Shown here piece by piece: positions 33,294-41,966 of a stretch of 64,000 nucleotides of DNA. Source of the DNA: an uncultured Acidobacteriaceae bacterium (GTDB lineage: Bacteria; Acidobacteriota; Terriglobia; Terriglobales; Acidobacteriaceae). Position 1 is the stretch's first letter; every line of letters begins with the position of its first letter. The notes under the pieces were generated by a model. The model was not told the origin of the DNA. It saw nothing but the letters and a program-made list of their open reading frames with translations, and made no database searches. Both the position numbers and the translations under genes were made by a program. The DNA is taken from NCBI GenBank assembly GCA_963817305.1, contig CAWFOD010000017.1, positions 357,821-421,820 of the forward strand. Direction: 5' to 3'.

Positions 33294-33736
33294 CAGCGGT
33301 AACCCTCCACCGGATAATCCTTTCGCAACGGATAGCCTTCCCAATCCTCCGGCATCAAAAGCCTTCGCAAGTAAGGATGCCCCGTAAAGCGAATTCCAAA
33401 CAAATCAAAAACCTCGCGCTCAAAATAATTCGCCCCCGGCCACACCGAACAAATCGACTCCACTGCCGGACTCGCACTGTCCAACCGAACCTTAAGCCGC
33501 ACACGTTCTTTCTTGGAAATCGACAGCAGGTGGTAAATCACTTCAAACCGCGGTTCTGCCGGATACCAATCCACGCAAGTCACATCGGAAAGAAAGTTGA
33601 AGGCGCAGTCCGCATCGTCCCGCAGCAGCGCGCAAGCTTCGCGAATGCACGACCGATCCACAGTGATCGTCATCTCGTCGCGGTCGAACTTACCTCCCGT
33701 AACCGCTGCCGGATTCCACGTCAGCAGCCGCGCCAC
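33293..33736 (-). CDS. nuoC: NADH-quinone oxidoreductase subunit C (start uncertain; possibly 33791 with a 1-nt insertion at 33777-33779)
   Basis: 147 aa from a GTG start (..FEVIYHLLSISKKERVRLKV..ANYFEREVFDLFGIRFTGHP..). An ATG overlapping the nuoA stop (TAATG, 33791) is one base out of frame. Removing one C from the CCC run gives MALAPAITDLEQLKSHPAVARLL.. Confidence 0.8.
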   Translation of the reverse strand: MARLLTWNPAAVTGGKFDRDEMTITVDRSCIREACALLRDDADCAFNFLSDVTCVDWYPAEPRFEVIYHLLSISKKERVRLKVRLDSASPAVESICSVWPGANYFEREVFDLFGIRFTGHPYLRRLLMPEDWEGYPLRKDYPVEGYR

Positions 33737-33790
33737 CGCGGGATGACTCTTCAGTTGTTCAAGATCGGTGATCGCAGGGCGCCAATGCCA

Positions 33791-34186
33791 TTACCGTGCT
33801 CCTCGCCGCATGGCCTCTGGACCCCAATCCAGCACGCCTTTCTTCCACACGTAAAAAAATCCCACCAGAACAATGCCGATGTAGACGAACATTTCCCACA
33901 AACCAAAATGCTTGAGATCGTGAAGAATAACCGCCCACGGATAAAGGAACACCGCTTCCACATCGAACAAAATAAACAGCATCGCTACCAGATAAAACTG
34001 CACGGAAAATCGCCCGCGCGAGTCGCCCACCGGATGCATGCCGCATTCATAGGCTTCCATCTTCGCCCGAGTCGGCTTACGCTGCCCAATCAGCCAGGAA
34101 AGCGTAATAATGGCGGTCGCAATCGCCCCAGCCAGCAGAATATGGATGAGAAAAGGCAGGTAGCTTGCGAAGTAATTGTCTGGCAT
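33791..34186 (-). CDS. nuoA: NADH-quinone oxidoreductase subunit A
   Basis: 131 aa (..YECGMHPVGDSRGRFSVQFYLVAMLFILFDVEAVFLYPW..). Confidence 0.9.
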   Translation of the reverse strand: MPDNYFASYLPFLIHILLAGAIATAIITLSWLIGQRKPTRAKMEAYECGMHPVGDSRGRFSVQFYLVAMLFILFDVEAVFLYPWAVILHDLKHFGLWEMFVYIGIVLVGFFYVWKKGVLDWGPEAMRRGAR

Positions 34187-34408
34187 AGGAGAGCGTATAT
34201 ATAATTCGCGCCAAGCGTTAACTAAACATTCTAGATTAGGTGCTGGTGCGCGCGAGTGTCAAGGGAACGAAGAGGAATTTGGCAATTATGCAATTGAGCA
34301 ATCGGAAATTGAAATTCAAGGCCCCAACAGCGCCGCGAACGTTGTAAGCTCGGGGGTGCTCTAGCTGTTCAATTGCGAAAGTACCAAATTACAAATTACT
34401 CAATTCTT

Positions 34409-34993
34409 ATGATTTTCGGCTTCAATACCGACGTCAAACACGGCGACACCATCTACCACGTGCAAAGCGAAGCGCGCGAGAGTGAGAAATTGCTGCAGAC
34501 GCAAGTCTTCATGCGCGGAAGGTGTATCGGCAAGAAAGCTATCTCGTACGCGGCTTCCGCCCAGCAACCCGATTTTAGCGATACTCAAAAAGAGCAACAG
34601 TTGCGCGATCAGCATCGCCTCGTCCTCGAAGCCATCCGCGAAGGCAAGTTGGATGACGTCCTCGATCATGCCGAAACCGAATCCCTGGCCGGCATCAAAC
34701 AACTCGATGTGCAATGGGAGAACGCCGCCTCTGTCCATGCGGATCGCAAACTTACCATGCAACTTCGTGTGACCGAGGCTGGATCGGCCGTTCCTGCCGC
34801 CCGCCTCATCTTTCGCTTTGCTCGTCCTGACGCGGCGCCTTTCTATACCCAGGCCGTCACCGATTCCGCCGGCAACGCCGCCATTTCCATCGAGGTCGAT
34901 GAATCGTCCTTGCCCGATTCCTCCGTCATGGTCCAGGCCAACCACGAAGGCCGCACCGTCACCCGCAAATTCGCCCTGCGCAAATCCGAGTAG
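34409..34993 (+). CDS. hypothetical protein
   Basis: ORF 34373-34993; likely start MIFGFNTDVKHGDTIYHVQSE at 34409. Protein-like composition, but no domain I can name. Confidence 0.5.
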   Translation: MIFGFNTDVKHGDTIYHVQSEARESEKLLQTQVFMRGRCIGKKAISYAASAQQPDFSDTQKEQQLRDQHRLVLEAIREGKLDDVLDHAETESLAGIKQLDVQWENAASVHADRKLTMQLRVTEAGSAVPAARLIFRFARPDAAPFYTQAVTDSAGNAAISIEVDESSLPDSSVMVQANHEGRTVTRKFALRKSE

Positions 34994-35028
34994 GGAACTG
35001 ACGTCCCGGCGTGAGAAAATCCATCAGG

Positions 35029-35277
35029 ATGAAATTGCATATCAACGGAGAAGAGCGCGTTTTCCCAGACCCCGCACCGTCGGCCGAATTCACTCTGTCG
35101 TTTCTGATCGAATCCCTGAACATGAAATCTGACCGCGTCGCCGTCGAGCTCAACCGCGAAATCGCCCCGCGTGATTCTTGGCCCCAGACAATTCTGAAAG
35201 ATGGCGACCGCCTCGAGATCGTGCACTTCGTCGGGGGCGGATGCTCCGTGGAAGAGCGGCGCTTCAGCGCCGCGTAA
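35029..35277 (+). CDS. thiS: sulfur carrier protein ThiS with an 11-aa extension past the GG terminus
   Basis: MKLHINGEERVF...KDGDRLEIVHFVGGG is a ThiS/MoaD beta-grasp ending in Gly-Gly. The frame continues CSVEERRFSAA* into a REP-like element. Confidence 0.7.
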   Translation: MKLHINGEERVFPDPAPSAEFTLSFLIESLNMKSDRVAVELNREIAPRDSWPQTILKDGDRLEIVHFVGGGCSVEERRFSAA

Positions 35278-35320
35278 AGGCCTTGCAAGCAATCTGGGGT
35301 TTAGCCCTAGGGGCCGCAAG
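35246..35320. repeat. bipartite REP-like element, copy 1 (inverted orientation)
   Basis: CCGTGGAAGAGCGGCGCTTCAGCGCCGCGTAA followed by a ggggtttagccc hairpin. Confidence 0.85.
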
Positions 35321-35480
35321 TTGACTCCGGAACCACCTCCTGGATTTTACGTGGCGCAACTTCAGCACTGCGATTCTGCTCAGCTTTTCGACTGCGGCTT
35401 TAGCCGCTGCGGGCCCAAGCATCGTTCTAGTTAACCCCTCCCACCGATTGTCCATTGACTCCCCCTCACTTCTCTCTAAA

Positions 35481-35518
35481 ATGTTTGAAACATTCAGCAT
35501 TCAAATTGTTTCAAACAT
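35481..35518 (+). promoter_or_regulatory. two 13-nt palindromes (putative operator) upstream of the MerR-family gene
   Basis: ATGTTTGAAACAT (35481-35493) and TTGTTTCAAACAT (35506-35518). They lie just downstream of a TTGACT..TAAAAT promoter-like pair and end 12 nt before the ATG at 35531. Confidence 0.4.
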
Positions 35519-35530
35519 AATCGGGGACCA

Positions 35531-36004
35531 ATGCATCACCGCTTTCCATCTCACGACGTGATTGCCCTCACCGGAATCACCGCCCGCCAGCTCCAGTACT
35601 GGGACGAACGCGGCGTCGTCAAGCCCGAACGGGAAGGTCATCGCCGCCTCTACTCCATGCAAAACCTCACGGAAGTGGCCGTCATCTGCGAGCTTCGCCG
35701 CAAAGGCTTCTCGCTGCAGGGAGTACGAAAGGTCATGCGCTTCCTGGACCGCGAGGTCGGCAAGCCCCTCGCTGAAATCGTCAGCCGCACCTCCGACGTT
35801 CACCTGCTCACCGATGGCACCCACCTCTATCTCGAAACATCGGCGCGGCAAATCGTCGATATCCTGAAAAATTCCAGTCAGCCGATTCTCGGCGTCTGCC
35901 TCAGTGACGCGGTCCGTCAGGTGCGCGCCGACGTGATCGCCAGAAAAGTGAGTACTTCCGTAATAGCGCCGCCCGAGCGTCGGCGTGCTAGAAAGGTCTC
36001 TTAG
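35531..36004 (+). CDS. MerR family transcriptional regulator
   Basis: 157 aa. The N-terminal HTH (IALTGITARQLQYWDERGVVKPEREGHRRLYSMQNLTEVAVICELRRKGFSLQGVRKVM) is typical of MerR. Confidence 0.8.
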   Translation: MHHRFPSHDVIALTGITARQLQYWDERGVVKPEREGHRRLYSMQNLTEVAVICELRRKGFSLQGVRKVMRFLDREVGKPLAEIVSRTSDVHLLTDGTHLYLETSARQIVDILKNSSQPILGVCLSDAVRQVRADVIARKVSTSVIAPPERRRARKVS

Positions 36005-36051
36005 ACAAAGGGTTTAGTGGCTAACAAAGTCTGGGTTCACAAGGGGGAAAG

Positions 36052-36315
36052 ATGGTCGGCGAACTGGACATGATCAATGAATGGATCCCGGAACACATGC
36101 AGCCCGGAACCGTCTTTGTGCTGGAAAACGCCGGCGAAGTCGGCGAAAAGGAAGATCCCTACTGGGCCGTGCTGGCCTGCCCGTCCTGCGGCATGCTCGG
36201 ATTAATCACCCGCCGGCAGATCAGCGGCCTCGTCCCCGTCATCTGCGGCTCAGAAAAATGCTCCGCCCAGTTTTTCATCCGTGACAGCGAAGTCATCGTC
36301 CGCAAGCCGTTCTGA
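36052..36315 (+). CDS. hypothetical protein with a Cys4 (zinc-ribbon-like) motif
   Basis: 87 aa with CPSC...CGSEKC. Follows the MerR gene on the same strand. Confidence 0.4.
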   Translation: MVGELDMINEWIPEHMQPGTVFVLENAGEVGEKEDPYWAVLACPSCGMLGLITRRQISGLVPVICGSEKCSAQFFIRDSEVIVRKPF

Positions 36316-36344
36316 TAGCGATTCAAACATCGCCGCGCGCGCAA

Positions 36345-36408
36345 CCGTGGAAGAGCGGCGCTTCAGCGCCGCGTAAAGCCTCAAGAACAAAAGTGGGCTT
36401 CAGCCCCT
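36345..36408. repeat. bipartite REP-like element, copy 2 (inverted orientation)
   Basis: CCGTGGAAGAGCGGCGCTTCAGCGCCGCGTAA followed by a gggcttcagcccc hairpin. Confidence 0.85.
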
Positions 36409-36454
36409 GTCGTCGAATTACGCGACGCCCAAATCAGCCCGCAGTAATAATTAC

Positions 36455-37621
36455 TTAGGATCTCGCCTTCGCCTCGCTCAACGCCACCGGAACCTGATCC
36501 ACAATCTCAATCCCAAACCCCTCCAGCGCCGCCACTTTCTTCGGACGATTCGTCAGCAACCGGATCCTGCTCAGCTTCAAATCCGAAAGAATCTGCGCCC
36601 CGATCCCGATCTCGCGCTGTGTTTGCCGCTCGTTATCCAGCAGCGACGGCAACTTCCGTCCCTTATGAAAAGTCAGCGCCGTTCGCTCTCCAACTTTTTC
36701 CTTCGAAAATCCCTGCGAAGTCTGATGCAGATAAATCAACGCTCCGCGACCCTCCTGAGCAATCCGCCGCAACGATCCTTCCAGCGTGGCATGGCACTCA
36801 CAGCCCGTTGATCCAAACACGTCACCCATTAAACAATGCGCGTGCATGCGCACCAGCACCGGCGCATCGCTCCCCTCCACATCGCCTTTAATCAACGCCA
36901 CGTGCGATTCTCCGCCATCCACTTCGCTCTCGTAAGCAATCAGACGAAACTCGCCAAACCGCGTCTCCACCAGCGCCTCGCCCACGCGATGCACATAGCG
37001 CTCATGCGCCATGCGGTAGCGAATCAATTCCGCCACCGTCAACATCTTCAGCCCGTGCTCGCGGCAGAATTCAATCAAGTCCGGAACCCGCGCCATGGTT
37101 CCGTCATCCTTCATGATCTCGCAAATAATTCCCGCCGGAATCAGTCCCGCCAGCCGCGCCAAATCCACCGAAGCCTCGGTCTGTCCCGCCCTCACCAGCA
37201 CTCCGCCTTTTCGCGCGCGCAGCGGAAACACATGTCCCGGCCGCGCCAAATCCGAAGCCTTGGTCGCCGGATCAATCGCCACCTGAATCGTGCGCGCCCG
37301 GTCATACGCCGATATTCCCGTCGTCACTCCCACTCGCGCATCGATCGCTTCGCAAAACGCCGTCCCGTATTGCGAGGTATTTTCCGCCGACATCGGCCCC
37401 AGCCGCAGATGATCCAGCCGCTCCTCCGTCATCGCCAGGCACACCAGTCCGCGTCCATACTTCGCCATAAAGTTAATGGCTTCCGGCGTCACTTTCTCCG
37501 CCGCCAGCGTAAGATCGCCTTCGTTCTCGCGATCCTCATCGTCCACCACCACAATCATGCGCCCCGCGCGAATCTCCTCGATCGCCGCAGGTACATCGAT
37601 GAATGAAGTTTGCGAGCTCAT
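36455..37621 (-). CDS. ribBA: bifunctional 3,4-dihydroxy-2-butanone-4-phosphate synthase / GTP cyclohydrolase II
   Basis: ORF 36455-37639; start MSSQTSF at 37621. VVVDDEDRENEGDL (RibB) and a C-terminal RibA half (CECHATLEGSL..). Confidence 0.9.
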   Translation of the reverse strand: MSSQTSFIDVPAAIEEIRAGRMIVVVDDEDRENEGDLTLAAEKVTPEAINFMAKYGRGLVCLAMTEERLDHLRLGPMSAENTSQYGTAFCEAIDARVGVTTGISAYDRARTIQVAIDPATKASDLARPGHVFPLRARKGGVLVRAGQTEASVDLARLAGLIPAGIICEIMKDDGTMARVPDLIEFCREHGLKMLTVAELIRYRMAHERYVHRVGEALVETRFGEFRLIAYESEVDGGESHVALIKGDVEGSDAPVLVRMHAHCLMGDVFGSTGCECHATLEGSLRRIAQEGRGALIYLHQTSQGFSKEKVGERTALTFHKGRKLPSLLDNERQTQREIGIGAQILSDLKLSRIRLLTNRPKKVAALEGFGIEIVDQVPVALSEAKARS

Positions 37622-37812
37622 ACCGACAGATTGTAGCAAAGCGTCCTAAGGTTTAAGCCTGAAGCGAGGGAGGTAAGAATTCCAGAAGAAGAACAAACCT
37701 GATACGCTGCGCGCCGGCCGTGTGAATATCGGGAATCACGTCAGGACACAGAGACGCTGCGCTGCCGTGGAATATTCGCACCCCTCACGAAAAGGCGCTG
37801 TCTTTAAACCCT

Positions 37813-38127
37813 TTACGCCGCCGGAGGGCTTGTAGCACGCTTCAGTTTCATTTTAAGCGTGTAGCACTCTTCATGAATCGTTCGTCCGTATTCATCAGCC
37901 TTGGCAGATTCAAGACTCGCGGGTTTCCCGCAAATACTACAACGCACGTTCTTCGAAGGATTTTGGAATGACGGTCCCACAGATGATGGAGATCGAGGAA
38001 TAGGCCTGTCCATACTGAGCCTCCTCTCTAATATCAGACTACTCATGTGGGGTTCTGACGTCTGCCTGCTAGCGCACACACGCAAAGAGCCCACGAACGC
38101 TTCGTCGAATCCTCCTCCGCCTGTCAT
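37813..38127 (-). CDS. hypothetical protein
   Basis: 104 aa. Its ATG overlaps the stop of the upstream 52-codon ORF (ATGA), which suggests translational coupling. C-terminal CSICGKP...HEEC motif. Confidence 0.4.
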   Translation of the reverse strand: MTGGGGFDEAFVGSLRVCASRQTSEPHMSSLILERRLSMDRPIPRSPSSVGPSFQNPSKNVRCSICGKPASLESAKADEYGRTIHEECYTLKMKLKRATSPPAA

Positions 38128-38282
38128 GCAGCCCCGGCAGGCTTTTCTCCCTTGAGGCGTAGTTCTTTTTCTTCCAGCAGTCGATTAATTTCTTTCGTTA
38201 GTTCAAGCAGCTTCTCTGGATCTTGCTCGTTGGCCGCCTGCTCGCACAACTTCCACCAGACTTCCTTCTTCTCGTCTTGCAC
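38124..38282 (-). CDS. small conserved-looking helical protein (52 aa)
   Basis: Below the ORF-track cutoff, GTG start: VQDEKKEVWWKLCEQAANEQDPEKLLELTKEINRLLEEKELRLKGEKPAGAA. Similar in pattern to the ORF at 57022-57213. Confidence 0.45.
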   Translation of the reverse strand: MQDEKKEVWWKLCEQAANEQDPEKLLELTKEINRLLEEKELRLKGEKPAGAA

Positions 38283-38382
38283 TTACATCCTCCAGCCAGA
38301 GGGATGCAGCGAAGCCTAATACGATTTGATCGCGACTTTCAAGGCAGCATTCGCCAACGGCGCGAAGATGTTCCCCTTCGAA

Positions 38383-40056
38383 TTACTGAGGATTCGGCGT
38401 TCCTTGTCCTTGCCCTCCAGTTGGTCCCGTCTGATTTCCGATCACGTCGCCCGATACGATCATCTCAACTCGCCGGTTCAACTGCCGTCCTGCTGCCGTG
38501 CTGTTATCGGCCACCGGATCGGCCTTTCCCATCCCCTGCGCGGTCACGCTATTCATCGATACTCCCTGGCTCACCAGATAATCGCGCACCGCCTCCGCCC
38601 GTTTGTCGGAGAGTGTCTGATTGTATTCATCGCTGCCAATCGAATCCGTGTAGCCCTCAATCTGCAATTTCAAATCGGGATAAGCCAGCACGATCCCCGA
38701 AATCTTCGCCAGTCGCTCCCGCGCCTCGGGTTTAAGGTCGTATTTGTTGAAGGCAAACAACACGTCCGGCATGCTGACAATCAACCCCCGCGCCGTATCT
38801 CGCGTCTGCAATACCTGATTCAACTGCGCCAGCAAGCGCGCCCGCATCGCTTCTTTTTGCTGAATCGCTTCTTGCCGCTGCTGATCAGCCAGGCTCGCTG
38901 CCTGTTGTGCCGCCGCTGCCGCCGCCTGCGCTTGTTGCTGCTGCGCCAAGGCCGCCGCCTGCGCTGCCTGGGCTTCCTTTTGTGCAGCCTCCGCTTCAGC
39001 TCTCCGCCGTGCATCCTCCTCAGCCTGTGCCTGCGCCTGCGCCGCCTGTTGCTGCGCCGCTGCCGCATCCGCCTCGGCTTTGGCCTGCGCTTCCTCGCGC
39101 GCCCGTCGTTCCGCGTCCAGCTTTGCCTGCTCCTTGCGTCGCAGCGTCAGCACCCGCGCATCTTCCGCCATCTGCGTCGCTCCCCGCGCCGCTGTCCCAA
39201 TCGGAGTCCTTCCTTGCTTCCGCTGGTAATAATCCTCCGCCCGCTCCAGCATGTCTTCCGCTTTCGCCAGGCTATCCGGAGCGTACTGCTGTGCCCCCGC
39301 CGCCTTCGCAATCACCACAGCATTCCGCGCCTCCAGCAAATCCAGCGGGACCTTATCGCTCGCCCGGCTCGACGGCAACTGATCCACCGGGACATCGATC
39401 GTGTACTGCTGTCCTTCCAGCACATCGAACTTCGCCTCAATCGGCTCCTCAAATCCCTTGGTCCCTGGTTTGATAATGTTTTCCGCAATCACCTTATTGC
39501 TGGGGTGCGTCACGGCATAATAAGGTTCCGCCGTCAAAATCATCCCAAACGCCTGCAGATCAGTAGTTACATCAATCTTGTCCTTCCCATTTCCACCCGG
39601 CACCACTTCTCCGAGATTCACCGCGCGGCCATCGGGAGTAATCGCCCACAACACATAAGTAAGGTATTGCCCGCCGAACATCTTCACCGGCTGCAAGTGA
39701 GCAAACTCCGCGTCAATCGTCAGCCGTCCGCCCTTGCCTTCCACCTTGGCGTGCCCGGTCACCTCGGGCATCAGATCCGTGCCGCGAAAATCCACCTCGG
39801 TTGACCCACCGCGGTTCCGGTAATTCACCGCCTTCGTCGTGCGCTCGGTCACGGTCACACGGAACACCGGCATATCGTTCTGGCCCGTATTCTGATTCAT
39901 CTCCTGCGGGGCCTGGTCCTGGCTCGGATTCGGAGTCTGCTCCGGGTGCGGGTTCGCCGGGTAAAGCGGAGCTGCACCACTCTGCGCGAAAATCGCACCT
40001 GCCATCGCTACCTGCGTCACCAGCACCAGCAAGCTGTTCGTCACAGTCGTCTTCAT
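38383..40056 (-). CDS. OmpA family protein with an Ala/Gln-rich coiled-coil linker
   Basis: ORF 38383-40140; start MKTTVTNSLLVLVTQVAMAGAIFA (signal peptide) at 40056. The C-terminal OmpA_C domain shows FAFNKYDLKPEARERL..IEGYTDSIGSDEYNQTLSDKRAEAVRDYL..NRRVEMIV. Confidence 0.8.
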   Translation of the reverse strand: MKTTVTNSLLVLVTQVAMAGAIFAQSGAAPLYPANPHPEQTPNPSQDQAPQEMNQNTGQNDMPVFRVTVTERTTKAVNYRNRGGSTEVDFRGTDLMPEVTGHAKVEGKGGRLTIDAEFAHLQPVKMFGGQYLTYVLWAITPDGRAVNLGEVVPGGNGKDKIDVTTDLQAFGMILTAEPYYAVTHPSNKVIAENIIKPGTKGFEEPIEAKFDVLEGQQYTIDVPVDQLPSSRASDKVPLDLLEARNAVVIAKAAGAQQYAPDSLAKAEDMLERAEDYYQRKQGRTPIGTAARGATQMAEDARVLTLRRKEQAKLDAERRAREEAQAKAEADAAAAQQQAAQAQAQAEEDARRRAEAEAAQKEAQAAQAAALAQQQQAQAAAAAAQQAASLADQQRQEAIQQKEAMRARLLAQLNQVLQTRDTARGLIVSMPDVLFAFNKYDLKPEARERLAKISGIVLAYPDLKLQIEGYTDSIGSDEYNQTLSDKRAEAVRDYLVSQGVSMNSVTAQGMGKADPVADNSTAAGRQLNRRVEMIVSGDVIGNQTGPTGGQGQGTPNPQ

Positions 40057-40796
40057 AAGGCCATCTCCAGACTCGTATGGATTCAGCACACTTGCGTCAC
40101 GTAAGTCCTCACCGTACCAGCGCCTTTCCGCTCGCTTCAATACAGCGCATCACTTATAAGTCCTGCTCACTGTACGCATCGCCGTCCTCGCTCCAGCGGC
40201 GAACCCCAGTTTCCCATCCCTCCATTTTGGGCTTGTGTCCGCCGTCAGAGGCCTCATTCGGTGAAGAACCTCATTGACAACGGGTGCTCGCCGGAGTATT
40301 TTTCTTGCTACTTGGGGTGTGTGTCGTGAAGGGACTTCGTTGGCTACTTGTTCTCTTTCTTCTGGGTGCGTCAGTCTGCGTATCTGTTGTGCCCCGAGTC
40401 GACCTTCCCGAAACCAAGTTCAATGAAGCGGATGCGCCTGTAAATCTGGCGCCTCCCGTTCGGCTTCGCATCCAGATCATCATTCCCGTAGTCGACCCCA
40501 ACATGGTTATGCCGGTGTTGCCGGTTTATTGTGCAGCTGGGTGTGTCGTCAGCACCCATACACCTGACCACGCAACTGCACCCGGCCAACGCCATCAACG
40601 CTCTCTACAGCAGCTTCTCTGTACGCTCCTGATCTGAGTCAGCTCTCGCACTCAAACTGAATCTCCGCGCCCCCGACAGTTCCTTTGTTGCGTGCGCGCA
40701 GCATTCCCCCCCGATTTCACTGAGTGGACACAATCTTCGCTGCATTGCTCTCAGATTGCCGTCTTCAGTAACCGATGACCCCTTAGGAGCGACGAC

Positions 40797-41363
40797 ATGA
40801 AGTTCAATAAGTCTGACCAATCCTGGCGTTCCACCCTCTGGAAGCCCGCCCTTCTCTTCGTTTTCGTATCGGCTGTTCTGATCGCCGCCGATCAGCTCTC
40901 TCGACACTTTGGGCTTGAGGAATCGCGCCGAATCGTCGACGACCTGCTCGGAGGTTTGATTGCCGGATCCATCTTTCATCTGTACGAGCGCCAGAAGGCG
41001 CGCAGGTTAAGCGAACACCTTCACCTGATCGATCTCACAAATCACCACATCCGCAATGCTCTGCAGCCTTTGATGTTCGTCGCCCACGGGTCTGAAGGTA
41101 AAGCTCAGATGAAAGTAGTCGAGGAATGTGTGCGTCGAATCGATTGGGCTCTGCGCGAGGTCCTTCCCGGCAAATCGCAGGAAGCATTCGTAGGGCATGC
41201 TCGTGGATCCACTCTCCGGAATGGCCTGACCCTTAAAACGGAGGAGCCGGTCTGGTCGTCGGGAACCGAACTTTCCCAGACAGCGTCCGCAAGAACTCAA
41301 CCCAAACCGTTTTTCAGTCAGTGGCTCGAAAACTGGAGGAATCGCAATGAAAAAGCCAGTTAA
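40797..41363 (+). CDS. hypothetical membrane protein (HisKA-like helix, no kinase domain)
   Basis: 188 aa. Two N-terminal hydrophobic segments, then LIDLTNHHIRNALQPL, which resembles a histidine-kinase phospho-acceptor helix. Confidence 0.4.
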   Translation: MKFNKSDQSWRSTLWKPALLFVFVSAVLIAADQLSRHFGLEESRRIVDDLLGGLIAGSIFHLYERQKARRLSEHLHLIDLTNHHIRNALQPLMFVAHGSEGKAQMKVVEECVRRIDWALREVLPGKSQEAFVGHARGSTLRNGLTLKTEEPVWSSGTELSQTASARTQPKPFFSQWLENWRNRNEKAS

Positions 41364-41434
41364 TCAATGGTCAAAGCATTTGACCCGGGAACTCGGCGGC
41401 GCTCCGCCGTTCGGCTCCAGCCAGAGAGGCAACG

Positions 41435-41722
41435 ATGGATAAATTAAGCGTGCGGTTTCCTCACTGGTCCGCCGAACCACTGCACCCCGACCCCGTATTC
41501 GGCAAGGCTTACTCCGATGCGCGCTTGTATCTGAAGGATCAGAGAATCTCTCAGTTGATAGTGCTGCTGCAACAAGTCCAGGTATCCGCCGGAAGATTGG
41601 GAGCCTTACCGAAACCTCAACTCAATGAGATCGTCTCCAGCGCGGTTCACCTGTGTGGCTTCGTTAATCCAATCCTGGCTGAAGACGTGATTGCCACAGT
41701 TCTGGAAGCGTTCGAAGTGTGA
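41435..41722 (+). CDS. hypothetical protein
   Basis: 95-aa ORF on the same strand as the preceding gene. No recognisable domain. Confidence 0.35.
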   Translation: MDKLSVRFPHWSAEPLHPDPVFGKAYSDARLYLKDQRISQLIVLLQQVQVSAGRLGALPKPQLNEIVSSAVHLCGFVNPILAEDVIATVLEAFEV

Positions 41723-41966
41723 GATTCGATGCCGGTGAGCCCGTGATTTGTTGCGCAACTTGAAAATCAGGCTTGCACTGCTACACCTGTTGAACTCAGG
41801 CGCAGTGCGCGGCTGGATGTCCGACTGCTGTTGAGGGAACGGCCGGGGGACCGTTACTCAACGCAGTCGGACGCCACCTGCCACACGAGTGATGTGCATA
41901 GTACCGGACGCCTTGCTCATATCCCTGCGAATTTGCCGTGCAGCGCGCGCTTCGGTCCGATCGCCG

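Noticed and set aside
37622-37812. Possible FMN riboswitch upstream of ribBA
   Set aside because: I compared the minus-strand leader with the RFN consensus as I remember it (AGGGCGGGGCGAAAUUCCCCACCGGCGGU ... GCCGACGGU..AGUCCGGAUGGGAGA). Only a weak GGGGUGCGAAUAUUCC resemblance is present and the conserved 3' half is missing. A cmscan with RF00050 would settle it.
38326-39804. 492-aa plus-strand ORF antisense to the OmpA-family gene
   Set aside because: Arg/Leu/Pro-rich low-complexity translation, typical of the antisense frame of a GC-rich gene. The minus-strand product has a clear signal peptide and OmpA_C domain.
40284-40637. 117-aa plus-strand ORF (hydrophobic N-terminus, ..DLPETKFNEADAPVN..)
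   Set aside because: The start is ambiguous, the C-terminal half is low-complexity, and it overlaps competing ORFs on the other strand. It may be a small secreted protein, but I could not support it well enough to list as a feature.
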